From Mobula hypostoma (Eukaryota), in contig NC_086108.1 in assembly GCF_963921235.1 (NCBI RefSeq), forward strand, positions 83,392,001-83,456,000: a stretch of 64,000 bases of DNA. Direction: 5' to 3'. Every line of letters starts with the position of its first letter. The stretch's first letter is position 1. The notes under the pieces are model-generated. The model had not been told where the DNA came from, searched no databases, and worked only from the letters and a program-made list of their open reading frames with translations. Shown piece by piece: positions 62,762 through 64,000 of the stretch. The position numbers were made by a program, and so were the translations under genes.

Positions 62762-63456
62762 CGGGTCGAGTACCCCTTATCCAAAATCCAAAAACCTCCG
62801 AAATCAATTTTTGAGTGCTGACATGACGTCACATGTGGAAAATTCCACGTCGCTGGGAAGGTTCCCAGGCAGCGTGCAGGTCTCTGTCTGTCTGTGTACC
62901 TACAGACAGCTCTGAGAAGTGACCTCACATGTGTAATAAGGGAAATTAATGAAAATAGAAAAATACTGCATAAAGAAGAAAATAGGAGATCACGATCGTG
63001 CATTGAAAACGTGGATTCATCCACGTCATTGTAAACATATGTCACTTAACGGTATGCTGATCATGAAACAAGCAAAGATCTATCATGATGAATTGAAAAT
63101 TGAAGGTAATTGCAAATATTCAACAGCCTGGATGCAGAAATTTAAAAAAAGGCACAAACCTTAAATTTTTAAAGATTGGTGGTGATAAAGCATCTGCTGA
63201 TCATGAAGCTGCAGAGAAATTCAATGACAAGTTTGCCAAGATTGTCACTGATGAAAATCTAAATGGCTGAACGGCTGCATCAGTACATATGGTGTGATGA
63301 AAAAGTGCAAGACAAAGACTGCTTACCAGTAGCACATAAATTCCGTCAGGAATGATTCGATCCCAAATGATCTCATATACATTCCAAAATCCAAAAAAAT
63401 CCATAATCTGAAACACTTCCGCCCCCAAGCATTTCAGATAAGGGGTGCTCAACCTG
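62762..63456 (+). mobile_element. Tigger/pogo-like transposon, internally deleted, second copy
   Basis: TA-CGGGTCGAGTACCCCTTATCC / AGATAAGGGGTGCTCAACCTG-TA TIRs; LKTWI...SLNGMLIMKQAK...STAWMQKFKKRH. Confidence 0.88.
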
Positions 63457-64000
63457 TATTACAGAATTTCACACTGAGGTCTGCTGCCATTTTTTATGTC
63501 AACATTTAATTTATTGAAAATTATAATGTTAAGATACTTAAAACTGCTTTCTAGTTGGTTAATTATGGTGTGGTAGTTAGCTCCTGCATAATTTATAAAC
63601 AATCATTTTGGATCATTTAGAACCTTACAAAATATTTAAGTTTCTTTAGCTTCAGTGCCAGTGCATAGCAACAAGGGTCAGATATTGATACAGATCAACT
63701 CATTTTTTGACTTCCATGTCTGTGCATTTCAGAGCAGAAGTTCGAAACAAGCTGCATGTTAGACACTGTCACACTTCATTAAGCTTCATAGTCCACACAT
63801 GCAATCCACAATGAACTGTGCATATTTTAAAGCTGTTGTCAAATCTCAAAACTAATAAGGAAGGTTGCCCACATTTTGACAAAATGCATTTATTAGATGT
63901 CATAACAGGATATCATTTTTATTACAGCCAGCCTCCCTTTAGAAAGTAACCTGCGTCACATAAGCACTTATCTAATCTGCATCAAATTTTAAAATTAGGA

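Noticed and set aside
61930..64000. Terminal exons of a neighbouring gene at the window end
   Set aside because: No recognisable coding frame on either strand.

Overview
This is eukaryotic, vertebrate DNA that is mostly repeat-derived. The repeat mix (CR1, Rex1/Babar-like, Penelope-like, L1, RTE-related SINEs, Tc1 and Tigger-like transposons) resembles a cartilaginous fish, probably a ray; this assignment is inference. Only one host coding exon is recognisable: the first coding exon of MOB3C on the minus strand (ATG 9910, phase-1 donor after 9493). The remaining coding exons were not found in 1-9490 and probably lie left of the window. A repeat-free island at about 16.4-20.9 kb holds a candidate non-coding upstream exon/promoter. 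Almost all other ORFs are decayed transposon fragments. The most notable system is a Penelope-like retroelement family whose 3' region carries a minimal type I hammerhead ribozyme (CAGUC-CUGANGA-A-GGGU/GCCC-GAAA-CG-UC^GACUG). About 9 hammerhead copies are present, from intact to decayed. Several are 100-260 bp mini-insertions with their own target-site duplications (TSDs) that begin almost exactly at the ribozyme, and some have inverted 5' pieces. One lies sense-oriented in the MOB3C intron about 370 bp from the donor. The window also shows up to three levels of transposon nesting with readable TSDs, a solo LTR, a templated inverted micro-insertion and a 48-bp palindrome. No prokaryotic-type system, CRISPR array, tRNA or rRNA was seen.
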